This document shows, in pieces, positions 46,423 to 54,754 of a stretch of DNA of 64,000 bases. The stretch spans positions 13,121 through 77,120 of the forward strand of contig CALRDN010000004.1 of assembly GCA_943354965.1 (NCBI GenBank). The letters are read 5' to 3'. The position numbers and the translations under genes were made by a program. The DNA comes from Candidatus Peribacteria bacterium (GTDB lineage Bacteria > Patescibacteriota > Gracilibacteria > UBA1369 > UBA12463). The notes below the pieces were generated by a model. The model did no database searches and was not told where the DNA came from. It saw only the letters and a program-made list of their open reading frames with translations. Positions within the stretch are counted from its first letter, which is position 1. Each line of letters opens with the position of its first letter.

Positions 46423-47136
46423 TTACACAACTCTCCAAACTTTCGTTCCATTGCGAGGAAGTTCCTTCATCTTCACACCCACCTCGATACCCTTTTTGGC
46501 GGTTTTTACATTCTTCCGATCAATCTGCATCTCAACAATCATCTCCTCAAACATACAACCATCACCTTCGAAAAAGAGCATACTATTAAGCTTAATTGCC
46601 TGTGATAATTTAATAATGGTAACGCTAATTTTATTCAAAACCATTGTAACCTCACCAACAAGTACATATCTTCGCGGGGCGTCACTTACACTTCTCCTAC
46701 TCTCAGGCAACCTAGTATCAAGCAACGAAGTCTGCTCCAAACTTATCCGCTGAAAATTCGATGCATGTACATCGTGAGGAGTAAAAGTCATCACTCTCTT
46801 CGCATTCCTCGCACTACGTGCCGTCGACTTCACGCTACTCAACTCATCAGGAATCGCCGAACCGATATCCCCAATCATATTCATCGATGATGTCGGCACA
46901 CGCCTATAGCCCACCTCTTCCGTCCTCCCACGACGTTCTGTACCAAATCCCCTTTCATGGGAGCTCACACCTCTCTTATCCTTCTCTGTAGCCTCCTTCT
47001 GCCTATCCAGTGCCGTCCACGCCAAAGGATGCCTCGCCTTCGCATCCAAACTTCTCTTGCGCTTATATGCGGGTATCTTGATGGTCTCGGGATCGATCGG
47101 ATTATTCTGTGAAGTCATAAGTAAATGATACTGCAT
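46423..47136 (-). CDS. hypothetical protein: disordered basic N-terminus plus a C-terminal beta-barrel-like domain
   Basis: 237-aa ORF. The N-terminal IKIPAYKRKR resembles the FtsZ C-terminal peptide. The C-terminal ~90 aa resemble a translation-factor domain-II-type barrel. Both are by-eye impressions. Confidence 0.65.
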   Translation of the reverse strand: MQYHLLMTSQNNPIDPETIKIPAYKRKRSLDAKARHPLAWTALDRQKEATEKDKRGVSSHERGFGTERRGRTEEVGYRRVPTSSMNMIGDIGSAIPDELSSVKSTARSARNAKRVMTFTPHDVHASNFQRISLEQTSLLDTRLPESRRSVSDAPRRYVLVGEVTMVLNKISVTIIKLSQAIKLNSMLFFEGDGCMFEEMIVEMQIDRKNVKTAKKGIEVGVKMKELPRNGTKVWRVV

Positions 47137-47360
47137 GAGTGAGTAACGGGTAAAGAAAATTAGGTGGAATTATCATCAGATATTTTTTATCCAAATATGA
47201 ACTCTCAAATCTAGGTATAATCGCAGGAAAATACGACAAAAAAAGTGTCAATAGAATCAGCCTAAATAGGCACCAGTTTTTTCAAAATCAGCACATTGAC
47301 TTTTCCGTTTATGAGTTAATAATACTATTAATGTCAAAAAAGTGCCATTTTTGAAGCTAA

Positions 47361-47380
47361 AAATTTCCCCGGGGAAATTT
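47361..47380. repeat. perfect 20-bp palindrome AAATTTCCCCGGGGAAATTT
   Basis: Read directly from the sequence. Pairing breaks at 47360/47381. Confidence 0.95.
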
Positions 47381-47392
47381 GAACATCATACG

Positions 47393-47602
47393 ATGAAAAT
47401 GGCATATATCAAACGACTGATTTTTTTGGTGGCTTATAAAAGCCATAATATAGACGTTGGAAAAACTGGGGTCTTTTTAGAATCTGCAAAACTAAAAAAC
47501 ATGCAGGACTTCCTCGTCGTACCGAGTACCCATACACACATTATGAATTCCAATAGAGTAATAAAAGCCGTTCAACGATTTCTCGAAGAAGGGAAATTTT
47601 AG
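47393..47602 (+). CDS. doubtful small ORF, possibly a C-terminal remnant of an alpha/beta hydrolase
   Basis: 69 aa from ATG 47393 (the track uses GTG 47342). The ending VVPSTHTHIMNSNRVIKAVQRFLEEG looks like the catalytic-His/C-terminal helix of alpha/beta hydrolases, but the rest of such a protein is missing. Confidence 0.3.
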   Translation: MKMAYIKRLIFLVAYKSHNIDVGKTGVFLESAKLKNMQDFLVVPSTHTHIMNSNRVIKAVQRFLEEGKF

Positions 47603-47629
47603 AACATAGATATCAGACTACATGCTGAT

Positions 47630-48187
47630 TTACTTCGCCCTTTCTACATACTCATGTGTCTCCGTATTGACACGAATTGAGTCGCCTTCTTTGATGAAGA
47701 GTGGAGCAGTGATCGTAGCGCCGGTCTCGATGACAACAGGTTTGGTACCTCCAGTGGCTGTATCGCCTTTTTCACCCGGTGGAGCGGAGATAACCTTGAA
47801 ATCCATTTTTGTAGGAAGTTGAACTGATGCAGGATTGTCATCCACAAAGACGACAACAACCTCCGTACCATCGATCAAGAAGTCAGAGTCATCACCAATC
47901 ATCTCATTTGAGATAGTGAACTGGTCATAAGTGCCATTGTCCATGAATGTGTATTCCGTAGCATCCTTGTAGAGATACTGGCAACGCTTGTTCTCCATAT
48001 TAGCTTCTGGAACATCTTCACCTGATTTGAAGGTAACTTCGACGTTCTTACCCGTCTTTACACTTTTCATTTTCGCACGAGTGAAAGCCGCTCCTTTTCC
48101 TGGATTCACAAACTGATATCCAACGATAACATATGTATCACCATTGTATTTGACGGCTGCACCTTTTTTGAAATCTGATGTTTGCAT
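47630..48187 (-). CDS. efp: elongation factor P
   Basis: 185 aa from ATG 48187 (MQTSDFKKG). Modification loop NPGKGAAF with the conserved Lys. Confidence 0.95.
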   Translation of the reverse strand: MQTSDFKKGAAVKYNGDTYVIVGYQFVNPGKGAAFTRAKMKSVKTGKNVEVTFKSGEDVPEANMENKRCQYLYKDATEYTFMDNGTYDQFTISNEMIGDDSDFLIDGTEVVVVFVDDNPASVQLPTKMDFKVISAPPGEKGDTATGGTKPVVIETGATITAPLFIKEGDSIRVNTETHEYVERAK

Positions 48188-48244
48188 AGGAGAAAAAGTT
48201 AGTATTGGAATCAGGCGGGCGCATTCTACCACATGTATTAAACT

Positions 48245-49276
48245 CTACAAGTCTCGAAACGGGAAAAAGATGATGTTTTCTATAGAATCCTGATCCAAAA
48301 GCAGCATAATCAACCGATCCACCCCTAGGGCGATACCTCCGGACTGTGGCATTCCTAAGGCAAGAGCATCCAAAAAACTCTGATCTACATCGTAAAGAGG
48401 CTTGCCCATCGTCGCTCGCTGCGCTCGCTCCTCCCTCAATCTCCTCCCCTGCTCCTGCGCATCCGTAAGCTCTGAAAACGCATTACACAACTCTATTCCA
48501 GAAATGTATATCTCAAATCGCTCGGCATACTTTGGATTATCCGGACACACTTTCGAAAGCGCCGCCATACTCACCGGATACTCATACAAAATCGTTGGAC
48601 GTCCCGTCCCCAACTTGCCCTCAATTTCATTAAGAAAAATAAGGAAAAATGCATCATCATAATTTTCAGCTTTATAGCCCTTTTCCTGAGCCGCACGCAC
48701 TAACGCTTCCGCACTTTCAAAAACCTCACAAGAAATTTCCGCATATTTCTCAAAAGCCTCCGCGACACTCAACCGCTCAAAATCACCGGAAACATCAATA
48801 ATTTTATTCTTATACGTAAACTCCTTTTTCTGAAAAAGTCCCTCGCACAAATATCGGATTAGCTCCTCTGTATCCGTCATTATCTCCCTATAATTGCCAT
48901 TTGCTCGATACCACTCGAGAATAGCAAACTCAGGATTATGCAGCACACCACCTGTTTCCTTGTTACGGAAACTCTTCGTAATCTGAAAAATCTTCGGTAA
49001 CCCCGCCACCAAGAGCTTCTTCATGGCATACTCAGGCGAGGTAATCAGGTACATGTCTCTCGAATCCCCTTTACCCTCAGGCTCAAACTGCGTCTTGAAC
49101 ACATCCAAATATGGCTCCATGCCAGGTAAGTTCACCAGTATTGGAGTATCTGTCTCGAGGAAATTCCGCTCCCAGAAAAACTCACGAATTTTCCGTATAA
49201 TCAGGGATCTCTTCTCAAAAAGCGCTCTCGTCTGAGGATTACTACGAATGAGACTATAATTAGGGTTTTGTGCCAT
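48245..49276 (-). CDS. epmA: EF-P lysine aminoacylase (truncated class II LysRS paralog, EpmA/PoxA/GenX)
   Basis: 343 aa from ATG 49276. Class II motifs FRNKETGGVLHNPEFAILEWY and GIALGVDRLIMLL, with no anticodon-binding domain. Lies directly upstream of efp. Confidence 0.85.
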   Translation of the reverse strand: MAQNPNYSLIRSNPQTRALFEKRSLIIRKIREFFWERNFLETDTPILVNLPGMEPYLDVFKTQFEPEGKGDSRDMYLITSPEYAMKKLLVAGLPKIFQITKSFRNKETGGVLHNPEFAILEWYRANGNYREIMTDTEELIRYLCEGLFQKKEFTYKNKIIDVSGDFERLSVAEAFEKYAEISCEVFESAEALVRAAQEKGYKAENYDDAFFLIFLNEIEGKLGTGRPTILYEYPVSMAALSKVCPDNPKYAERFEIYISGIELCNAFSELTDAQEQGRRLREERAQRATMGKPLYDVDQSFLDALALGMPQSGGIALGVDRLIMLLLDQDSIENIIFFPFRDL

Positions 49277-49344
49277 CGAGGGTAACTTTACACGAAAAGA
49301 AAAAAATACTACACTCGCAACACTATTTTTATAAAAAAACACGT

Positions 49345-49770
49345 ATGAAAAACTCCCATCTCATCGTTATAGCTTCAGCCGTTCTATTGACGATCTCCCT
49401 TCCGTTCGCGGCATTTGGAGAAACCACGCCTACAACACCTTTAACGGTTCCTGTAGCACCAGTATCAGGCGAAGCTGCCAAAAAAGAGGTGAAGAAGGAT
49501 AATTACGGCCAGCAGATGAAGAAAATCAATATGGAGAAAAAGGATCTCAAGAAGGCATCACAAGAAGCAAAGAAGGAGGTGAAGAAGGAGGAATTGATGA
49601 AAAAGGTCGAAAAAAAGATCATAAAGAAAGTAATCAAAAAAGAAGCAAAGAAGAAAGCAAAGAAAGTTTTAAAATCATTGAAACCAGTAACAGAACCAAC
49701 CGTTCCAGCTTCAACCCCAGCAGTCACTCCAGCTCCTGCGACCACTCCGGCAACAACACCAATACAATAA
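49345..49770 (+). CDS. secreted Lys-rich protein with a Pro/Thr/Ala-rich tail, hypothetical
   Basis: ATG 49345. Signal peptide MKNSHLIVIASAVLLTISLPFAAFG, KKEVKK repeats, C-terminal TPAVTPAPATTPATTP. Confidence 0.7.
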   Translation: MKNSHLIVIASAVLLTISLPFAAFGETTPTTPLTVPVAPVSGEAAKKEVKKDNYGQQMKKINMEKKDLKKASQEAKKEVKKEELMKKVEKKIIKKVIKKEAKKKAKKVLKSLKPVTEPTVPASTPAVTPAPATTPATTPIQ

Positions 49771-49804
49771 TATACTGGACAAGTAAGCCAAAAAAGGATA
49801 CAAA

Positions 49805-49833
49805 GGGTGCGACTAAAAACCGCACCTTTTTTT
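49805..49833 (+). terminator. intrinsic terminator
   Basis: GGTGCG-actaaaaac-CGCACC followed by T7 (49827..49833). Confidence 0.7.
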
Positions 49834-49841
49834 AAACTCCA

Positions 49842-50279
49842 ATGAGTAAGAAAACGAACCCAAAGCAGAAACAAGAGATAAGCAGCTACGAAGGTCGACA
49901 AGACCATATTCGTGAACTGAAGCTGCCCACTATCGAAACATGGGAAAACCAATACCCGGACAAGGATTATATCATCGACTTCACCGTACCGGAGTTTACC
50001 TGTATCTGCCCAAAAACCGGACTTCCGGACTTCGCCTCTATTCAGTTCATTTACGTACCACACAACGACTGCATCGAGCTGAAGTCATTCAAAGAGTACA
50101 TTCTCGCCTATCGTGAGCTTGGTATCTTCCATGAGCATGTCGTAAACAAAATGCTGGAAGACTTCGTTCGCTACTGCAAACCAAAAAAACTCGACATTAT
50201 CGGAGATTTCAATCCACGTGGCGGCATCAAAACCATCGTAAAAGCATCCTATGTCCGTCCAAACAGCAAACGAAAGTAA
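49842..50279 (+). CDS. queF: NADPH-dependent 7-cyano-7-deazaguanine (preQ0) reductase, unimodular type
   Basis: 145 aa. EFTCICPKTGLPDFA and the HEH motif region (IFHEHV). Confidence 0.9.
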   Translation: MSKKTNPKQKQEISSYEGRQDHIRELKLPTIETWENQYPDKDYIIDFTVPEFTCICPKTGLPDFASIQFIYVPHNDCIELKSFKEYILAYRELGIFHEHVVNKMLEDFVRYCKPKKLDIIGDFNPRGGIKTIVKASYVRPNSKRK

Positions 50280-50910
50280 AACGATCCTCATCGCTGAGAT
50301 GTTTGAAACGGTTCAGGGTGAAGGAAAATGGGTCGGAACTCCGGCGTTTTTTATTCGTACCGGTATGTGCAATTTAGCATGTATTTGGTGCGACACGCCT
50401 TATACGTGGAAAGAAGGAGAGACAACTTACGAGAAAAAAACACATGAAGAAGTGTTCCAACGTGTAGAGAAATCCCCTATTCAACACATCGTCGTTACCG
50501 GAGGTGAGCCAATGCTTCACCAAGAATTCATCCTCGCACTTCGAAAAAGGAATCCACATCGATTCATCGAGGTCGAAACCAATGGTACTATCCCAAGCAC
50601 CCTGCCGCCTGGAACCGTTAATCAATTCAATATCTCACCAAAACTCAGCAACAGCGGAAATAGCTGGTACAAGCTCAATCTTCGAGTTTATAACAGCATC
50701 TTTAAGTTCGTCGTACAATCACCCGACGATATCATCGAGATAGAAAATTTCACCGAACAGAATAACATCGACCGCACAAAAATTTTCTTAATGCCAGAGG
50801 GAACAACTCGGGATATACTACTATCACGTGCTAAGTGGCTTATTCCCCTCTGCCGGGAGAAAAAATTTCACTACAGCCCAAGACTTCATATTATGAAAAA
50901 TATTCGATGA
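50251..50910 (+). CDS. queE: 7-carboxy-7-deazaguanine synthase (radical SAM)
   Basis: 219 aa. ETVQGEGKWVG, and CNLACIWCDTPYTW (CxxxCxxC with the insert typical of QueE). Overlaps queF by 29 nt. Confidence 0.9.
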   Translation: MSVQTANESKTILIAEMFETVQGEGKWVGTPAFFIRTGMCNLACIWCDTPYTWKEGETTYEKKTHEEVFQRVEKSPIQHIVVTGGEPMLHQEFILALRKRNPHRFIEVETNGTIPSTLPPGTVNQFNISPKLSNSGNSWYKLNLRVYNSIFKFVVQSPDDIIEIENFTEQNNIDRTKIFLMPEGTTRDILLSRAKWLIPLCREKKFHYSPRLHIMKNIR

Positions 50911-51551
50911 AAAAAGCACTCGTACTTCACTCCGGAGGTCAGGATTCCACAACATGCTTAGCATGGGCCATGGAAAAATTCGATCAAATCGAAACGGTAA
51001 GTTTTGATTACGGCCAACGGCATAAAGTAGAGCTACAAGCCGCAAAACGCATCGCCAAAAAACTAAAACTCAAACACACCATCCTCAAAACGGATACTTT
51101 TTCTCAACTGGGGAAAAACGCCCTTACACACAAGATGAAAATCGAAAAAGGTAAAAATGGCCTACCGACAACATTCGTTCCGGGTAGAAATATTTTTTTT
51201 CTCACGATTGCCGCTGCGTACGCCTACTCTCACGGAATTACGGACATCGTGACTGGCGTCTGTCAGACCGATTATTCAGGCTATCCCGACTGTCGTGACG
51301 CAACGATACGTTTATTAGAGAAAACACTTTCCCTAGGTATGGATTACAATCTCAAAATTCACACTCCGCTCATGTTCCTCACAAAGGCGCAAACCGTTGA
51401 GATGATTGACGAGTTAGGATATTTTGATCTACTCAAACTCACACATACATGTTACGAAGGAAAGGCACCTCCCTGCGGTCGGTGCCCCGCCTGCAAACTC
51501 CGCGCAAAGGGCTTCAGAGAAGCAAAAAAACATGATCCACTTTTGAAGTAA
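50907..51551 (+). CDS. queC: 7-cyano-7-deazaguanine synthase
   Basis: ATG 50907 forms an ATGA overlap with the queE stop. LHSGGQDSTT PP-loop and the C-terminal zinc motif CYEGKAPPCGRCPAC. Confidence 0.95.
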   Translation: MKKALVLHSGGQDSTTCLAWAMEKFDQIETVSFDYGQRHKVELQAAKRIAKKLKLKHTILKTDTFSQLGKNALTHKMKIEKGKNGLPTTFVPGRNIFFLTIAAAYAYSHGITDIVTGVCQTDYSGYPDCRDATIRLLEKTLSLGMDYNLKIHTPLMFLTKAQTVEMIDELGYFDLLKLTHTCYEGKAPPCGRCPACKLRAKGFREAKKHDPLLK

Positions 51552-51569
51552 ATCTTCACACCTCACCTC

Positions 51570-52385
51570 ATGCTCCCCTATCCGAACATATCTCCCATTG
51601 CGCTCAGTCTTGGACCCGTGAAAATTCATTGGTACGGCATTATGTATCTCTTAACATTCGTAATCGCCTACTATCTCATCCCCATTTTTTTCAAAGAAAA
51701 AAAGATCCCAACCGACAAAGATACCGTCGCAGATCTGCTCCTCATGTCGCTTCTCGGAGTAATCTTAGGAGGTCGATTAGGCTACATTCTCTTCTATCAA
51801 CTTCCCCTCTATCTTCATCGCCCACTCGACGTATTCAAAATATGGGAGGGGGGCATGTCGTTCCACGGAGGAATGCTAGGCGTTATTTTAGGGTTTATTA
51901 TTTTTGCCAGAAAAAGAAAAATCAAACTATATCAGCTCACTGATGCCATTATTCCAATCATTCCCATAGGAATATTTCTCGTTCGAATCGGCAATTTCAT
52001 CAATGCCGAGCTCTATGGTCGCATCACGAATTCCGCAATCTGCATGCGCTTCCCGACCGATCCTTTCAACTGCCGCTATCCGTCACAACTCATCGAGGCT
52101 CTCCTGGAAGGTATCGTGCTTTTCGCCATACTTTTCTTCGCGCGCAGCAAGATCAAGACTCCGGGCGTCCTGAGCTGGATGTTCATTGCAGGATACGGTC
52201 TTCTTCGATTCTTCGCAGAATTTTTCCGTGAACCCGACGTCCAAATCGGATATCTTTGGAACATCATTACACTTGGTCAAATCTTCTCCATACTGATGGT
52301 TATTACTGGAACAATCGGAATGATATGGAGTCTCAAAAATGTGCGCACGCACACTTTGCACGTAGTAAATAATAAGGTAAAATAA
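51570..52385 (+). CDS. lgt: prolipoprotein diacylglyceryl transferase
   Basis: 271 aa. IHWYGIMY, GGRLGYILFY, GGMSFHGG. Confidence 0.95.
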   Translation: MLPYPNISPIALSLGPVKIHWYGIMYLLTFVIAYYLIPIFFKEKKIPTDKDTVADLLLMSLLGVILGGRLGYILFYQLPLYLHRPLDVFKIWEGGMSFHGGMLGVILGFIIFARKRKIKLYQLTDAIIPIIPIGIFLVRIGNFINAELYGRITNSAICMRFPTDPFNCRYPSQLIEALLEGIVLFAILFFARSKIKTPGVLSWMFIAGYGLLRFFAEFFREPDVQIGYLWNIITLGQIFSILMVITGTIGMIWSLKNVRTHTLHVVNNKVK

Positions 52386-52411
52386 CGCCGTATCCCTCAC
52401 CCATTCCTTTT

Positions 52412-52921
52412 ATGGAAAAGTCCTATCGACCTATAGACAAAAGAAGCAACAGCCAAAATCTCCTCCATGCGCTAAAAGCTAAGGCAGATGCCAAGCGAAG
52501 TTTTTCGGAAAAAGTTGCTGATTCCATGACGAGAATTTTCGGAAGCATCGGCTTCCTAACAGTCAATATACTCCTATTCGCTACATGGATATTGATCAAT
52601 ATCGGGTGGGTATCCGGAATAAAAGTATTCGACCCATTCCCATTCGGCCTACTAACCACTGCCGTATCACTTCAAGCAATTTTTCTCGCTATTATCGTAT
52701 TAATCTCACAAAACCGAGCTTCAAAAGTGGCTGACCTTCGCGAAGAAGTAGACTTACATATCGACATCATCAGCGAGCAAGAAATCACGAAAATACTTCA
52801 TCTCGTGAGCATGCTTTGCAAGAAAGAAGGAATTGATCTGGAACATGACAAATCCCTAAAAGACATGCTACGATCTATCGATACCGACAAAATAGAAACG
52901 GTCCTGGAGACACAGATATAA
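52412..52921 (+). CDS. DUF1003 membrane protein
   Basis: 169 aa with two TM helices and DPFPFGLLTTAVSLQAIFLAIIVLISQNR. Confidence 0.8.
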   Translation: MEKSYRPIDKRSNSQNLLHALKAKADAKRSFSEKVADSMTRIFGSIGFLTVNILLFATWILINIGWVSGIKVFDPFPFGLLTTAVSLQAIFLAIIVLISQNRASKVADLREEVDLHIDIISEQEITKILHLVSMLCKKEGIDLEHDKSLKDMLRSIDTDKIETVLETQI

Positions 52922-53473
52922 TTATTGTTTCCATTTGATGGAACACCCCATCGAAGGAAGTTGAGCTGAATCAACTTTTTTATGATTAATAATAGCCTCG
53001 AGCGCAACGCGTAAATCTTGAGATGTTACCTTCGAAATATCCCTCCAGTTATTATCAATGCGTCCATGATACTGTAGCGCACGCTGGTCATCGTATACAA
53101 AAACATCCGGAGTGCAGACCGCTTTATATGCTTTCGCTATCTGTTGTGTCTCATCGCGTAAATAAGGGAAATTCATGTCTCTCTCACGGGCGAACACCTT
53201 CATCGCCTCGAAATCATCTTCGGGAACATCCAAAGCATCATTCGGATTAATGCCAATGAAACGCACTCCGCGATCAATAAAATCCCGTTGTAGTGCTATC
53301 AGCCTCTCAATACAAGCTTGCACATAAGGGCAGTGATTACACATAAAAACAATAACCAAAATAGATCTTTCCTTGAAATCAACGAATGAATATACATTTC
53401 CATCTACGCCCTTAAGCTGAAAATCAGGAGCAATCGTACCGAGCGGAACATCAATGGATTCAAGTAATGACAT
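52922..53473 (-). CDS. thioredoxin-fold thiol-disulfide oxidoreductase (AhpC/TSA-TlpA-like)
   Basis: 183 aa. VIVFMCNHCPYV (CxxC). Confidence 0.8.
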   Translation of the reverse strand: MSLLESIDVPLGTIAPDFQLKGVDGNVYSFVDFKERSILVIVFMCNHCPYVQACIERLIALQRDFIDRGVRFIGINPNDALDVPEDDFEAMKVFARERDMNFPYLRDETQQIAKAYKAVCTPDVFVYDDQRALQYHGRIDNNWRDISKVTSQDLRVALEAIINHKKVDSAQLPSMGCSIKWKQ

Positions 53474-53553
53474 AATAATGAGGATAAAAACTACCTTCTC
53501 GCAGTATAGGTTTAGTGCTAGAATTAGGCAAGCAACGCCTTTTTCAGCAAGCC

Positions 53554-54360
53554 ATGATCCAATCCAAAGCCGATCTCCACTTCCACACCTGGCACTCTAT
53601 TGACTCCTTCATCTCTCCGAAGGACGCTGTAAAAATGGCCGTAAAAAAAGATATCAAAGTGTTGGCTGTTACCGACCATGACACCATCGAAGGGGCAAAA
53701 GCGGCACGCAATTACGCCATCAAAAACAATCTCCCCGTTGAAATAATTATCGGAGAAGAAATTTATACCAATGGTGGACACGTGATAGGACTTTTTCTCA
53801 CAAAACGAGTGCCATCATTTCAATCCCTCGAAGAAACGCTCATACAGATAAAAGAACAAGAAGGATTAGCTATTATTCCTCATCTCATGTTCGAAGAGGA
53901 CGCACTGGGAGAATACATCTATCGATATCAGGTATGCTATCTCGACCTCATAAATAGACCCGATTTATTGGCTATGGTGGATGCTATCGAAGTTCAAAAC
54001 TTTGGTCTCATCGAACCGCAATACTTCGAAAAGACTCACTTCATTAACGAAAAATTCCTTCAAAAAGCAGAGGTAAGTTCGAGTGATTGTCATATAAAAA
54101 TGAATTTCGGTCATACTTTTTCCCTCTTTGATGGAGAAACGGCTGATGACTTGAGAGAAGCCATACAAGAACGGAAGACAACTCCTCTGTGCATAAAAAA
54201 ACAAAACTTCATCCAGCAAGTATTTGGATGGGGACCTATCATCAAACTTCCAGTTCATATTACTCTGCAGTTCACCTATCGCATCATTGAAGGCATATAC
54301 ACCAGAACAAGAGACTCTCTCAGACGACGGTATCCGATAAAGGATCAGAAGTCGGCATAA
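53554..54360 (+). CDS. PHP-domain metal-dependent phosphoesterase
   Basis: ADLHFHTWHS and VTDHDTIEGA. ATG 53554 preferred; the track uses GTG 53515. Confidence 0.8.
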   Translation: MIQSKADLHFHTWHSIDSFISPKDAVKMAVKKDIKVLAVTDHDTIEGAKAARNYAIKNNLPVEIIIGEEIYTNGGHVIGLFLTKRVPSFQSLEETLIQIKEQEGLAIIPHLMFEEDALGEYIYRYQVCYLDLINRPDLLAMVDAIEVQNFGLIEPQYFEKTHFINEKFLQKAEVSSSDCHIKMNFGHTFSLFDGETADDLREAIQERKTTPLCIKKQNFIQQVFGWGPIIKLPVHITLQFTYRIIEGIYTRTRDSLRRRYPIKDQKSA

Positions 54361-54361
54361 C

Positions 54362-54400
54362 AAAAAAGAGTCTCAATAGATTGAGACTCTCTTAAATTTT
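54362..54400. terminator. bidirectional intrinsic terminator between the PHP gene and rpmB
   Basis: AGAGTCTCAA-taga-TTGAGACTCT is a perfect 10-bp stem at 54367..54390. An A6 run lies upstream and a T-rich stretch downstream. Confidence 0.7.
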
Positions 54401-54411
54401 ATATGTGAATA

Positions 54412-54606
54412 CTACTTAGATCGCTTGTCGAGAACCTTCAAGCCCTGAGTGGAAACCTTGATTCTCTCAAAACGCTTCTTCAATGGGTTCCAAACACGCT
54501 TCCAAAGCAAGTTAGGCAAAAACCTACGCTTAGTGTGGCGCATGGAGTGACTGACGTTATTTCCAGCTAATGGCCTCTTTCCTGTGATTGAGCAGACGTT
54601 TGACAT
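54412..54606 (-). CDS. rpmB: 50S ribosomal protein L28
   Basis: 64 aa from ATG 54606: MSNVCSITGKRPLAGNNVSHSMRHTKRRFLPNL. Confidence 0.95.
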   Translation of the reverse strand: MSNVCSITGKRPLAGNNVSHSMRHTKRRFLPNLLWKRVWNPLKKRFERIKVSTQGLKVLDKRSK

Positions 54607-54754
54607 AAAATTGACGTTTAAAATACTTCGCTGAAGCTGGAACAATCTACCAAGAGATCTAGAGAAAAGCAAGCCAAAAGTCAGCTTTAGGCTCTACTTG
54701 TCACCATTTCGAAAGCATGGGAAACTGGAGCCATTCATTGACCAATACATTCAC

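Noticed and set aside
49771-49841. preQ1 riboswitch upstream of queF
   Set aside because: The hairpin is followed by a U-tract, not the A-rich tail ending in CUA(A/G) of preQ1-I. The loop (ACUAAAAAC) lacks the conserved preQ1-I loop sequence. It reads as a plain intrinsic terminator of the upstream gene.
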